Positions 13,140 to 27,440 of a DNA stretch of 64,000 nucleotides are shown here, one piece after another. This DNA comes from Eledone cirrhosa. Its lineage: Eukaryota. The stretch's first letter is position 1, and the number at the start of each line of letters is the position of its first letter. The position numbers and the translations under genes are program-made. The stretch covers positions 74,896,001 to 74,960,000 of the forward strand of contig OZ024741.1 of the NCBI GenBank assembly GCA_964016885.1. The letters are read 5' to 3'. Under the pieces are notes generated by a model. The model worked only from the letters and a program-made list of their open reading frames with translations, had not been told where the DNA came from and ran no database searches.

Positions 13140-14347
13140 CCATACTTAAATATGGAATGATACGCGATGGGGGCCCCCACAGCCCCGGCGGTCAGAATGG
13201 AGGTGTTTCCCCAGAGGATGGCAAGGGAGACGTGCTGGAAAAGCCACTCCAACTCGCGGGGCTCATCCTGCGGCTAGCCAGCTCAGTGCCTATGGTGGTG
13301 AGTAGGGAGTAGCCCTAGGGCCGAGGACACCAGAAGTCTCAACTGCCAGGAGTACAACCGCAAACCTGTCGGAGAGTGACCGGTATTTGAGGAGTTTGGC
13401 CTCCTCAGCCCAATGCACAGCAGAACCTGGGTTAGTCGCAGACTGCACCAGGTTGCGGCTGCAGAAGGTGTTGGTGCAAGCGGCATCCCAGACGAGGGGT
13501 TTGCCACCGCGGAATGGGAAGATGGTCATGCCATCTGGCCTTTTGCCGTCCTCTCGGTCCAGCCTCACTGGCTCGAGCTGGGAAGGGAAGCCTGCAGCGT
13601 CCAGGCCATGCTTTATGACCTTGTTGAGGGTAGCATGGCGTGGAATGCGGCCGGCACTGTGGCGACAGGAAAGCAGGTGGAGGCCGAAAGAGTCCACAGT
13701 GGATCCGCAGCAACATTGGAGTGGCTCACAGATCCGGAGGCCGAGCCTCAAGGAAACGCCGATGCGCAGGTTATTGTTGTTTAGCTGTGTGCCAGTGAAG
13801 AAGGAGGGCAGAGCATGGAACCAGGCACCACTGTGGGGTTTGGAGGCCGCACGAAAACAGGCAAGGTGGTGCTGGTCGAGCTGGCACATGAGCCTGTCTG
13901 AGGCCAGGCTGTACTGGATGGCATCCCAAGTACTTTGGGGGTATATTTGACTTCAACAGGGTGAGAAGGAGGAAGGATGTCTACTGGGCTAAGTCCCAGC
14001 CGGTCCCACATCTCACAGGTGGCCTCACGTTCTCTGAACACAGAGGGTTCTATTGTGTTTAGAAGAAACCTGCTGATGAGGACACGGCACGAGGTTACCG
14101 ACGAAAGATACGCCGGCAAAGCCAGTGAGATCGGGGACTGGAGGCCAAGGCCGCCATACCTGACAGGTAAAGTGGCCTGTTGCCATCCAATGTCGTCAAA
14201 CATGACGTTGCACATATCCTTGGCTGCTGCTCGGATACAAGTATCGAGGTCAGCGAGGAGAGATGTGTGGGTGTAGCACGGAGGGCTGCGAAAAGTATAG
14301 AGGAGCTTTGGCATGGCGAAGCTGTTCCTCAACAGAAAGAGGGCTGA
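13140..14347 (-). mobile_element. 3' fragment of a CRE-like non-LTR retrotransposon (Zn knuckle plus restriction-like endonuclease), frameshifted
   Basis: LPVRYGGLG, HSGAWFHALPS, CCCG..GLHLLSC..RH, GKRPDG..LVWD, AEEAKLLKY, LAVETSGVLG. GC-rich relative to its flanks. Confidence 0.85.
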
Positions 14348-15197
14348 TGATGTTTGGAAAATAACTTAAATGTTATTACGATAATTTTTTAAATAAATAA
14401 AATACATTAAAACAGTTTTGTATCATAAAACCAGTTGTTTCAGGTAGTTTCATATCAAAAGGGTCCCTTTACAATATTTCTACTGAAAAACAATGCTCAT
14501 GAATTTCTAACTATTTTGAACATAATTGAGAATTTGAAGAGATTTAGTAATATAACTAATACTTTTGCTATACAGTTGATGTTGGAACATAAGGATTCTT
14601 ACATAGCATTATGCATTACAATGAGAAGTTTTTAGAGAAATATAAACAATTTAAAACAAACAATTTTGTATCGTAAAGCCAGTGATTGTTTCAGGCAGTT
14701 TGGTATCAAATGGTTAACTTAGAAATATTTTAGACACATTTTTTTAATAGAGTTATGAGAACATTTCTGATTCAAATCAACAGCTGACAACAGTAGTGTA
14801 TAATTCATACAAAATTAGAATATTATGAAAACGCTTTTCAGATGGTAACAAGCATTTGGGCTAAGTCATCAGATTGATGATATCATCTTCTACCGCTCCC
14901 TCCCACTAAAAAGGATCATGGGCACTGCTCTTCTTATCCTCCAACAATTGACGAAACAGTAAAGAAAAATAAATAACCTGTTTATAGTGCTGTATAATAG
15001 AAATAGAGTGTATTCAGTATGATTACTGTGTGGTTAAGTTCATTTTGTAGCAACGTGATCTCAGGGTTTGATCCCACTGAGAGTCATACAGCACATTAAG
15101 CAGATGTCTTCTGCTATTACTTCAAGCTAATCTGGGCCTCATTAATGTGAGAGTGCTGTGCAAAGGCCTGCTGCCAATGTATGTGTATGTATATATA

Positions 15198-15611
15198 TAT
15201 CATCATCATCGTTTTACGTCCGTTCTTCCACGCTAGCATGGGTTAGACGGGTTGTCCTGTTGTGGGCAGTGTCTGGTCGGGTGACCATGCCTTGCTCAAA
15301 CAGGAACTGATTTGGCTTGATTTCTACAACTGGATGCCCTTCCTAACACCAACCTCATTTACAGTGAGTGCTGGGTGCTTTTTTCCGTGGCGCTTACACG
15401 TCCACTTTACAGTGTGGGCTGGGTGCTTTTTTGCCGTGGCACCTCCACGACCACCTTGCAGTGGGAGGGTGTGGGGGTATATTGTCTATATGCTTTAGCT
15501 TGTACCCATGGGAGGTCGGGTGCTTTGTATTACTGTGTGACGCCAGAGGTCACGGTCGTGTGTCATCGCCTTGGAGAGGTGTAATTGGGTAAGGTCGGCT
15601 TTTATCACCTC
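15198..15611 (-). mobile_element. 3' end of the RTE family seen at 38286-40410
   Basis: Close reverse-complement match to about 39990-40400, including the (GAT)n tail. Confidence 0.88.
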
Positions 15612-15624
15612 ATATATATATAGA

Positions 15625-17535
15625 TAGTGGTAGAACACTGGAAGGTAATATCCGTAGTGGTAGAGCACTCAGTCCATGGGACGAGTTAGGTAGAAGTGGT
15701 TACACAACAGTTAGTTCACCATACGAAGAACAATTGTTTCACCTTAGAGGATCCTCAGCTCGTAATGGACATGGTTATACAGAACAGGAAGTACAACCGT
15801 ATGAACGCGCATGCGCAGAAACGATCACTTCACACAAACTAAATTGCGTGCAAGAGGTGTAAGGGAGATAACTGCGAAAGTCTGAAAGTTTCTGGTTGAT
15901 AATAAAATTAGGATGTTGTTGTAATTCAATCCGGAGCTTTGTAGTTATGTAAGAGGTGTTTCCAGACGTGTGGACAAGGTGTGAAGAATTCATTTCTCGT
16001 GTTTAGGCAATCACTATTGCGTATTCTCTTTAGAATATTTATTCATTCATCAATACATAGTCTACACGACGGATTGCACCTTGAGTATGGCTTGAACTTA
16101 GTGATGGCTTTCCATTGAATGGAGTAGTCTATACTTGAGTCCTTGAGGGACCATACGTGGCTCGCGAGTTTCTGTCTGGGTACCTAAAGGTCGTATCCGA
16201 CTTGGTTGGCCTATTTATTTTAGACATATTACATGTTAGATTCCCGGACTTCCACACGGGAATATACCGCGACGATGGACTGACTTTATCAAGCCATAAA
16301 AGTGGTCACGACCTCGACCTGTTTAAAAAAGACTTAGCTTCTACCTTCAATGAGTTAGGACTTAGGATAACAGTAGCTACCAACCTCTCTAGCGTAGATT
16401 TCTTAGACCTTCGCACACACACCTACAGACCCTTCTATAAGCTAAACGAAAAACTCAATTACATTCACAAGGATTCATGCCACCCTCCCACTGTTTTTAG
16501 AAACTTTGTAAATAATATCAGTACTAGAATCTCAAACCTCTCCTCTAATAAAGCTATCTTTGACAGAGCGGCATCCTACTATAACACGGCGTTAGCTAAC
16601 AGCGGCTTCTTGCAACCTATCACTTACTCTGCCACTAACAACAACAGCAATAAGAAAAGAAAGCGTAACAATAGACAAACTATCTGGTTCTCTCCTCCCT
16701 TCTCACTCAACGTTAAAACCAATGTAGGCAAAAAATTTCTAGCCCTCTTAGATAGACTTTCCCATAGGTCATAAATACCGCTTCATCTTTAACCGACACA
16801 AAGTAAAACTAGGATACTCCTGCGCAAAGAACATGACGGCCCACATCACCAAAAGCCCTAAGAGCAACACCTCACCAGGGTGCTCTTGCCGTAAGCCCGA
16901 AGCTTGTCCCCTTCAACAACAATGCAAAACACCCGCTGTAGTTTATGAAGCTGTGGTCACTTCCAACCAACCAAATCAACCACAGTAGCTCAAATCCTAT
17001 GTGGGTATGGCGGAGGGCCGATTTAAGGAACGCTTCCTGAACCACCAATCGACCTTTAGGTACCCGGACAGACGTTCATCCACGAAACTCGCGAGCCATG
17101 TATGGTCCCTCAAGGACTCAAGTATAGACTACTCCATTCAATGGAAAGCCATCACTAAGTCCAAGCGATACGCAAGGGGCAATCCGTCGTCTGGACTATG
17201 TATTGATGAACGAATAAATATTCTGAAGAGATTACGCAATAGTGATTGCCTAAACACGAGAAATGAATTCTTCACATGTTGTCCACACATCTGGAAACAC
17301 CTCTTACATAACTACAAAGCTCCAGATTGAATTACATCCTAATTTTCTTATCAACCAGAAACTTTCAGACTTTCGTAGTTATCTCCCTTACACCTCTCGC
17401 ACGCAATTTAGTATTGTGTGTGTGAAGTGACTGTTTCTGCGCATGCACGTTTGTACGGTTGTCCTTCCTGTTCCGTATAACCATGTCCATTACGAGCTGA
17501 GGATCGGCTAAGGTGAACGAACTGTTGTGTAACCA
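15625..17535 (+). mobile_element. Degenerate 5'-truncated PLE of a second type, with an inverted pseudo-LTR
   Basis: GIYRDDGL, IWFSPPFSLNVKTNVGKKFL, CSC..CPL..C, YVGMAEGRFKERFLNH (GIY-YIG). About 15740-16170 is the reverse complement of about 17085-17520. Confidence 0.88.
15722..15764 (-). ncRNA. Type I hammerhead ribozyme in the inverted pseudo-LTR
   Basis: TACGAG-CTGAGGA-T-CCT(CTA)AGG-T-GAAA-CAATTG-TT-CTTCGTA, with palindromic stem III ACAATTGT. Confidence 0.75.
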
Positions 17536-17740
17536 TATATATATATATATACACACATGCATATATATGTGAGAGAGAGAGTGTGTGAGTGAGTGCTTAC
17601 ATATGTATTTTTAATGAATATTGGGAGAGATATATAAACAATGCTCTTTCTTTTTAAACAGTGATAAACAGTGGTTTTCTGATAATTATACTTTAATACT
17701 ATATTATTCTGTACCTCACTACGAGAGACATACCTATGCT

Positions 17741-17837
17741 ATAATTGTTTCTACTTTAGGCACAAGGCCAGCAATTACCCAGTGCATTACTGGTACTTTA
17801 TTTTATCGACCCCGTAAGGATGAAAGGCAAAGTCAAC
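17741..17837 (-). mobile_element. 3' half of tRNA-derived SINE family A
   Basis: Matches the core and tail of the 44449-44640 copy. Confidence 0.85.
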
Positions 17838-18289
17838 TATAATGTGATTGTAACATATTTTATCATTAGATTTGATGAATGGCTTCTCATGATCAAGATT
17901 ACGTAAACCTAATTAAAATATGGAAAGAACAACATTACTAACAAAATCTAAAAATGTAATCTCCGAAGTCTGGTTAGAAAATTAAGAATGTTATGTGAAT
18001 ACCAAGGGCAATATCTCTCCCCTCCTAACTTCACTCACTAATTAAATAGATAAATACATTTTAAAAAGGCATAACATATGGTGTCCTAATGATATATTCT
18101 TGTAATATCTTATATATATATATAGGCGTATTTCTGTATGTATGCATATACATATATATATACATGAATATATATATGAAAATTAAATTAGATCTCACTG
18201 CAAATTTTACTAAATAAAATAGTAAAATTCCGTACATCGTTTTCTGAAACCTGCGTGCTTTATTTATACATAGACACACATACACGCAC

Positions 18290-18907
18290 ATATGTATATA
18301 TACACACATACACGCACATATTTTTAGAAATACATATATATATATATATATATATACATACACATATATATACATATATACATACATACATATATATACA
18401 TATATACATACATACATATATATACATATATACATACATACATATATATACATATATACATACATACATATATATACATATATACATACATACATATATA
18501 TACATATATACATACACATATATATACATATATACATACACATATATATACATATATACATACATATATATACATATATACATACACATATATATACATA
18601 TATACATACACATATATATACATATATACATACATACACATATATATACATATATACATACATACACATATATATACATATATACATACATACATATATA
18701 TATACATATATACATACATACATATATATATACATATATACATATATATATACATATATACATACATACATATATATATACATATATACATACATATATA
18801 CATACATACATACATATATACATACATATATACATACATACATATATATATATACATATATACATACATACATATATATATACATATATACATACATACA
18901 TATATAT

Positions 18908-18944
<37 letters not shown>

Positions 18945-19794
18945 CATACACATACCCATACATACATATATACATACATATATATATATATATACACATA
19001 CATACATACACATATACATACAGACATACATATATATATACACATACATACATACACATACACATAGACATACATATATATATACACATACATACATATA
19101 TACACATACATACATATATACACATACATACATATATATACATACATACATATACATACATACATACATATACATACATACATACATATACATACATATA
19201 TATATATATATACATACATATATACATACACACATATATATATACATACACACATATATATATACACACACACATATATATATACACACATACATATATA
19301 CATACACATATATATACATACACATATATATACATATATACATACACATATATACATATACACACATACATACATATATGTATACACATACATAGTTATA
19401 TACATACATACATATATACATACATACATATATACATATACATACATACATACATACATATATATACACATACATACATATACACATACATACATACATA
19501 TATATACACATACATACATACATATATACATACATACATACATATATACATACATATATATACACATACATACATACATATATACATACATACATATATA
19601 TACACATACATACATATATATATATACATACATATATACATACATACATATATATATACATATATACATACATACATATATACACATACATACATACACA
19701 TACATACATACACATACATACATACATATATATATACACATACATACATATATATATATATACAGACATATATACACATACATACATACATACA

Positions 19795-19829
<35 letters not shown>
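18290..19829. repeat. (TA)n/(TACA)n compound microsatellite
   Basis: Directly visible. Confidence 0.97.
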
Positions 19830-19830
<1 letters not shown>

Positions 19831-20690
19831 GAGCTTATACCACTATTGGCCGCTAAAAGGTTCTCTCTAAAAATGAAAGGCAGGCTGTATGATGCCTGCA
19901 TACAAACAGCAATGTTACATGGCAGTGAGACATGGGCATTGTGTGCAGAGGATATACGCAGACTGGAGAGAAACGAAGCTTGCATGCTCCGCTGGATGTG
20001 TAATAGTAATATACGTGAATGGCAAAGCATAAACGAACTAAGGGAGAAATTAGAAATAAGAGGGATCAGATGTTGTTTACTCGAGAGAAGACTACGTTGG
20101 TCTGGTCACATGATGCGCATGAAAGACGACAGCTGTATAAAAAAGTGCAGGGCAATAAAAATAGACGGTAGCCACGGAGTAGGCAGACCCAGAAAAACCT
20201 GGGACAACTTGATAAATTCCGACCTCACACACTTACGCCTCTCCAAGACAATGTCACTGGACCGAGATCTTTGGCGCTACACAGTTATACAGAAGACCTG
20301 CCTTGCCTAAGTACAAAGCGAAACCTACAGTTAGTAGGCACCTCTAACAAAAATACACCCCCGTCCCACTACCTCCACCCCATCCACACCACCCCCCTTA
20401 AATGTGAAGTTATGTTGGTACCACAACATCCCGTCCGAAACAAATGAGGTCGTGTAGGTGTCACAACAAAAAACACACAGTCCACGCTGTAACGTAGCCG
20501 TGTAGGTAACACGGTAAAAACCTCCCAGTACACACTGTAAACATGGTTGGTGTTGGGAAGGGCGTCCAGCCGTAGAAAACCCGCCAGACAGTCCTTGCCT
20601 CAAGTGGGACAATCTTGCCTCAAGTGGGACAATTCCCGTCCAGACCCATGCAAGCGTGGAAAATGGACGTTAAACGATGATGATGATGAT
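19830..20690 (+). mobile_element. 5'-truncated RTE LINE (C-terminus plus 3' UTR)
   Basis: [40 protein letters not shown], and a (GAT)n tail. Confidence 0.9.
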
Positions 20691-20879
20691 ACATACATAT
20701 ATATATATACATTCATATACAAATATATATACGTACATATACATGCTCACTTCAATTCTTTCCAGTCATAGCATATCCTCTGCAGTCACTACACATTTCA
20801 TTACCATGCAGCATCATATATCACCCACTGGCATCATACAACCAACTTTTAGTTCATAGGGAGAAATCTTTATTACCAA

Positions 20880-21560
20880 CAGGAGTAAAAGTTCTCTAAA
20901 CTTTTTCCAACCTTTTTTATTCTAGTTACTATGTTCCTGGACCACCTACCTCAACTGTTAATTAGGTTCCCTGGGTAGCAAAAGCTATTAACCAGTTCTT
21001 TAGATCCAACTTGGGATTGAAAAAGGTGTATATCACTGACTATCAATTTTTCCTCAACATCTATTAGACACAATATTTGCATTGTGTACATAGTGTATAG
21101 TTTCTACCTCTGCCTTTTCTGCAAATCATGCAAGGCCATTTCCCTGATGGGATCAGGGCCATGTCTTCTTTCCTACTTATTAACTCTTTAGTTCTTGCTA
21201 AGTTCACTCTCAGTCCCTTTCTAGGTTCTATTTCCATAGTTGGAATTTATTCTCTAATTCTGCAGATTCAGCTCTTAGAACCAGATCATCATACAGTAGT
21301 TCCCGTGAATGACCTGTCTTAAACTCCTCTGTTATGGCTGAGAGCTGAGCCTTGATGCTCTGTACTGTTCTCACAAGACAGTATTCTACATATAATTTCC
21401 TTAAAGACCACAATGTGACAGATTAAAGGCTTTCTGTAAATCAACAAAAGCTAGATATAGAGGCTTACTCTTACTTAAGAACTTCTCTTTTAGTTTTTTC
21501 ATTAAGAAGAGGGCATCTGCAGTACATCTGCCTGGACCAGAACAAAACTATATCTCATCG
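20880..21560 (-). pseudogene. Highly degenerate RTE RT fragment
   Basis: AITEEFKTG..ELLYDDL and KSKPLYLAFVDL-like remnants, homologous to the ORF at 38286. Confidence 0.7.
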
Positions 21561-21774
21561 TGCGTGCATATGTGTGTGTGTGTAATATCCTGTATTTTGT
21601 TATTGAGCTCATTTTAGTCATGTTTATAATCCAAACAAGCTGTGTTTAGAGCTATTTTTCCTGCATTTGAAATTTTCTACATTTTAGAAGCATCTCAACT
21701 CACTTGATCCTCCATGTATTTGCAAATATCACATTGAAAAGCTGATATTGAACTTATCTATATATATATATATG

Positions 21775-21925
21775 AAATATGTATAATGAAATAAATATGG
21801 TTTTATAAATATAGTTTCCATTTATTAATATCGTATATCTACTCCAAAAACTTGTCGAGTGCTTTATATCAGTTATAAAATATTTACTTGTTGTATCCCA
21901 ACAATTTTAAATAGAACTTTTGCAT
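21775..21925 (+). mobile_element. Fragment of an HHR-bearing repeat family, starting at the GAAA of the ribozyme core
   Basis: Matches the reverse complement of 57607-57756 and the segments at 36418-36735. Confidence 0.75.
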
Positions 21926-21960
<35 letters not shown>

Positions 21961-22201
21961 AATATATATATATAAATATATAAATATAAATATATATATA
22001 AATATATATATATAAATATATATATATATTGTTATACTTTGGGTGGGTCATGTTGCCAATAAGAAACACACGCACCAGTTGCTTTCACTTCAATTTATTA
22101 TATATTTATAAATTTATAAATTTATAAATTTACAAATCTACAAACTTATAAATTTCTGGTTGGTTGGTTGGTTCCACAACCAGATAGTTGTTTATATATA
22201 T

Positions 22202-22246
22202 AGTCATAGTCCTTTCGTCACACACTCTGTGACTCCTTCAGTGACT
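22202..22246 (-). ncRNA. Mirror hammerhead with a variant core (CTGAAGGA)
   Basis: Reverse complement of 23188-23232, with AG swapped to GA at the end of the CUGANGA box. Confidence 0.6.
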
Positions 22247-23187
22247 GGGGATTCCTTTCTTCTCTTCGTTTCTGTGCCTTTTCTTTCTTCTATCCTACGC
22301 CATTTTGTTTCTGTGTGTGTGTTGTGTGCTCAGTTTGCGCATGTGTCACATCCGGGTGTCTGTGTGTGTTTGTGTTCATTTTTTTTGTGTTCATTTTTAG
22401 GCCCTAAATAAACATAATCTCAATATTAAGATAGTAGAAAGACCTGGTACCTCCGTAAAAACACTTATTAGCAAGACATACCCGTTCCAAAGACCCTCAT
22501 GTATAGATAAGAAATGTATAACCTGTAAAATAAGCCCCCATATTAACTGTAAAACTAGAAATGTAGTGTATAGCATAAGATGTACTGAAGGACAATGTAG
22601 AAACAAAAATATAGTGTACATAGGTGAGACAGCTCGTAGTATAGGGGAACGAATAAATGAACACTGGCGAGACCTCCAAGATAATAAAGAATCATCTGTG
22701 CTCTACCAACATGCTAAGATAGAACACAGGGGTAGATTAGAGAGCATAGAAATAAAAATAGAATCCACGAAATAGAATCCACGCACAGAAAAGACGCAAT
22801 GTTTAGGCAAATTACAGAGGCAGTAAGCATAAAAGAATTAAAACCAAAATTAAATAGAAAATACGAGTGGAACAGCAACATCACAACTTACAATTAAGGA
22901 CAAAATGAAAACACACACACACATAGAACAAACAACTTACAATTGAAAACACACACAAAATGAAAACACACACAGGAGAAAATGAAAACACACACACACA
23001 TAGAACAAACAACCAACCAACAATAAATAAATAAATAAATAAACAAATAGAAAAATGAACACAAACACACACAGACACCCGGATGTGGCACATGCGCAAA
23101 CTGAGCACACAACACACACACAGAAACAAAATGGTGTAGGATAGAAGAAAGAAAAGGCACAGAAACGAAGAGAAGAAAGGAATCCCC

Positions 23188-23232
23188 AGTCACTGAAGAG
23201 GTCACAGAGTGTGTGACGAAAGGACTATGACT
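23188..23232 (+). ncRNA. Minimal type I hammerhead ribozyme
   Basis: AGTCA-CTGAAGA-G-GTCACA(GAGTG)TGTGAC-GAAA-GGAC-TA-TGACT, with a perfect 5-bp stem I and predicted cleavage after CUA at 23227. Confidence 0.85.
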
Positions 23233-23462
23233 ATATATATAAACAACTATCTGGTTGTGGAACCAACCAACCAACCAGAAATTTATAAGTTTGTAGATTT
23301 GTAAATTTATAAATTTATAAATTTATAAATATATAATAAATTGAAGTGAAAGCAACTGGTGCGTGTGTTTCTTATTGGCAACATGACCCTCCCAAAGTAT
23401 AACAATATCGGTTTCAACACACGATTTCAGATAAAGAATCTTGCTAAACAAATTCAGAAACG

Positions 23463-23906
23463 AAATATATATATATAAATATATATATATAAATATATAT
23501 ATATAAATATATATATATAAATATATATAAATAAATATATAAATATAAATATATATATATAAATATATATATATAAATATATATATATAAATATATAAAT
23601 ATAAATATATATATATAAATATATATATAAATATAAATATATATATATATAATATATAAATATAAATATATATATATAAATATATATATATAAATATATA
23701 AATATATATATATATAAATATATATATATAAATATATATATATAAATATATATATATAAATATATATATATATAAATATATATAAATAAATATATATATA
23801 TAAATATATATAAATATATATATATAAATATATATATATAAATATATATATATAAATATATATATATAAATATATATAAATATATATATATAAATATATA
23901 TATATA

Positions 23907-23938
<32 letters not shown>

Positions 23939-24181
23939 AATAAATATATATAAATATATATATATAAATATAAATATATATATATAAATATAAATATATA
24001 AATATAAATATATAAATATAAATATATAAATATATATATATATATATAAATATAAATATATAAATATAAATATATAAATATATAAATATAAATATATAAA
24101 TATATATATATATATAAATATAAATATATAAATATAAATATATAAATATATATATATATATAAATATATATATAAATATAA

Positions 24182-24222
<41 letters not shown>

Positions 24223-24256
24223 TATATATAAATATATATATATATAAATATAAATA
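23463..24256. repeat. (TA)n array with a TAAA variant
   Basis: Directly visible. The same variant occurs at 21925-22028. Confidence 0.95.
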
Positions 24257-25354
24257 TCATCATCATCATCATCATCAACGTTTAACGTCCGTGTTCCACG
24301 CTTGCATGGGTTTGGACGGGGGTAGTCCCACTTGAGGCAAGAGTGATTGTCTTGCTCGCATAGGACTGTCTGGCAGGTTTTCTACAGTTGGATGCCCTTC
24401 CTAACACCAACCACATTTACAGTGTGGGTCTGGGAGGTTTTTACCGTGTTGCCTACACGGCCACATTACAGCGTGGACTGTGTGTTTTTTTGTCGTGACA
24501 CCTACACGATCTCATTTGTTTCGGCCTCGATGGCGCGGCACCAACATAACTTTACATAGAACGGGGTGGTGTGGATCGGGTGGGGGTGGTGGTGGTGGGA
24601 CGGGGTGTATTTTGTTAGAGATGCCTACTGGCTGGAGTAGGTTTTACTATATATTTAGGTAAGGCGGGTCTTCTCTGTTACTGAGTACCGCCAAAGGTCT
24701 CGGTCCAGTGACATTGTCTTGGAGAGGTGTAAGTGTGTGATGTCGGAGTTTATCAGCTCGTCCCAGGTTTTTCTAGGTCTGCCTATTCCGTGACTACCGT
24801 CTATCTTTATTGCCCTGCACTTTGTTATACAGCTATCGACTTTCATGCGCATCACGTGTCCATACCAACGTAGCCTTCTCTCGAGTAAACAACATCTGAT
24901 CCCTCTTATCTCTAATTTTTTCCTTAGTTCGTTTATGCTTTGCCGTTCACGTATATTACTGTTACACATCCAGCGGAGCATGCAAGCTTCGTTCCTCTCT
25001 AGTCTGCGTATATCCTCTGCACACAATGCCCAGGTCTCACTGCCATGCAGCATTGCTGTTCGTATGCAGGCATCGTACAACCTGCCTTTCATTTTTAGGG
25101 AGAACCCTTTAGCAGCTAATAGTGGTATAAGCTCTCTGAACTTTTTCCAACCAGTTCTGACTCTAGCTACAGTACTTTCAGAGCACCCTCCCCCACTGCT
25201 GATTTTATCGCCCAGGTAACGGAAGCTGTCCACTATTTCTATAGAACCCTCTGCGCAATTGAAAGAGCTAGTATTTTGTGGGCACTTGCTGCTACTTATT
25301 GCACCAGAACACCGGCCACATGTAAAATCTATGTTCTTAGTTAGCTTACCTGTG
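24257..25354 (-). mobile_element. 5'-truncated RTE LINE
   Basis: FTCGRC..IVDSFRYLG..GWKKFREL..RRLRWYGHVMR..GRPRKTW, 3' UTR and (GAT)n tail. Confidence 0.92.
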
Positions 25355-25372
25355 AAATATATATATATATAA

Positions 25373-25424
<52 letters not shown>

Positions 25425-26604
25425 TGTACACACACATATAAGCATACACTCACATACACATATAATACCATACCATCTAAACAGAAAATTCAATTTTTGC
25501 GATGGACAAGTTTCACCACAGAATATATAAGATATGCCACACTATAGATAAAGCATTTGCTTGACTTTTAATTGAAACTTATACATACAATCTTTATAGC
25601 TTGAATGTAAATCAATAATCAATAAACTACTGGATTTATGAGGTGAACATTTTTATATTTCTCTGTAAAACAAAGGAGGCAGTATAACCACTGCAGATAA
25701 AAGAGGAAAAATGTTAATAGTGATGAATAGATATGAATTAAAGGATAGTATGAATAATAATGAAACATAACATATTGCATTACTTATTGAATCTATTCTT
25801 TTACATAAAAATGATGAATCTAATATGAGCCAAATGGCAGTTCTCCATTTGTAATGCTTATCACTGTATGACAACATTCTGTCAAACATAATTATTTCAT
25901 GAGTCATTATGCCACCAAGAGATTTCTTATAAACAGCACAAACATGGCTGGAATAAGAAGTGATGATAGGTTTAGAAGTAAAATATGATTATATAAAAAG
26001 CAAAGAAGCCAAGGTGGTGATTCAGATGTAGTATAATATAACCACAAATGTCAAATTATCATATCAAATCATATTGCATGAACCAATAAAGTAACTCTTT
26101 ATGTGGTTGTTTGATCTTCTAGAAATAGCAACCAAATGTCCCTTAACCCTTTTATTACCATATTTCAAATGAAAACTACAGCTTATGGTTTTCAAATAAT
26201 TTTGAAAACACTCCCCAAATTGAAGAGATTTAATAACATACATAACTTTCTCATTGTTAAGCCAATGATTTGAGCATTTCTTAACAAAAAAGTCTTACAT
26301 AATAATGATGAAAGGTATTTAGATAAATATAAATACTTTAAAATAAACAGCTTTGTATCATAGAACCAGAGCAATTTCAAGCAGTTTGACATGAAAAAAG
26401 TTAAAGGAAAAGACAATGTTACACAATCATCATCACCTTTATATCTATTTTTCCATGCTTGTATGGATTGGAGAGACATTTTCCAGCATTTCATCATATG
26501 TATGCAGAAATACAGGGTCTTGCCATTTGATATACAGAGAAACATAGATCTTCTCCAATGCAGCATCTCACCATATGTTGTATGAAGAGTCACTGATCAT
26601 CTCT

Positions 26605-26905
26605 AACACAGTATCTTGACACATGTTCAGAGAGACACAGACCTACTTCAGCATGTACAAACAGACATAGATCTTCAGCACAAAATCTCACATGTTGTAC
26701 AAAGAGATACAGACCTCCAGCCCAATATCTCACATGTTGTACAGAGAGACACAGACCTCCAGCCCAATATCTCACATGTTGTACAGAGAGACACAGACCA
26801 CCAGCACAATATCTCACATGTTGTACAGAGAGACACAGACCTTCGCCAACAAAGCATTTCACTACATGTACAGAGACACAGATCTTCCCTACCACATGTA
26901 CAGAA
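26605..26905. repeat. 42-bp minisatellite, about 7 diverged units
   Basis: CAGAGAGACACAGACCTCCAGCCCAATATCTCACATGTTGTA, with AGACC at 26711 and 26753. Confidence 0.9.
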
Positions 26906-27204
26906 AAAAAAGTGTGCTAACACTTCTTCATTTTGATGAGGTTTATAATTTAAAACTTTGTAGTTATATCAACATTAAATTTATACCTTAGTTCTGTTAA
27001 TATGACATGCTCTGTACTACATGTATTACATTATTATTTTCATAGAGTGGCCTAACTTTCAATGAGTATTACCTCACAAGGACCACTGTTAGAAAACAGT
27101 GGCTCATGTCTGATCCAAGGCAAATGTTCTGTAATATTGATTTAAGGTACACAGTAAAAATTTGTGGCTTAGGACATAAAATCAACCATAGATCTTGACT
27201 AGTG

Positions 27205-27440
27205 TGGAGGCATATGGCTTAGGACTCACAATCATGAGTTTGATTCCTCAACAAGATGGCATGTTGTGTCCTTGAATAAGACACTTTATTTCGCATTGCT
27301 GCAGTCCACTGAGCTGGAGAAAAAAAAACAAGCTATGACGACACCAGTAACAAGCTGTATCAGTCTTTTTTTTTCACTGGAAAACATTGGTGGCTTGGCA
27401 AGGAGAAATTGCATGGAGATAGACTTTCCAAAAACAAACC
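27205..27440 (+). mobile_element. Degenerate CORE-type tRNA SINE
   Basis: TGTCCTTGAATAAGACACTTTATTTCGCATTGCTGCAGTCCACTGAGCTG, similar to the 30975-31143 copy. Confidence 0.6.

Larger units (their letters stand above)
22029..23462 (+). mobile_element. Truncated PLE related to the intact element: inverted pseudo-LTR, GIY-YIG remnant, 3' UTR and ORF-start extension
   Basis: NCKTRNVVYSIRCTEGQC..YIGETARSIGERINEH. 22029-22390 is the reverse complement of about 23050-23408. Ends in [24 protein letters not shown]. Confidence 0.9.

Noticed and set aside
25780-25960. Possible minus-strand host exon after TTCTTATTCCAG (HVCAVYKKSLGGIMTHE..)
   Set aside because: No recognisable protein similarity and no clear donor
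26605-26905. CRISPR-like periodicity (also 48815-49447)
   Set aside because: Contiguous tandem units without unique spacers, no cas genes, eukaryotic context
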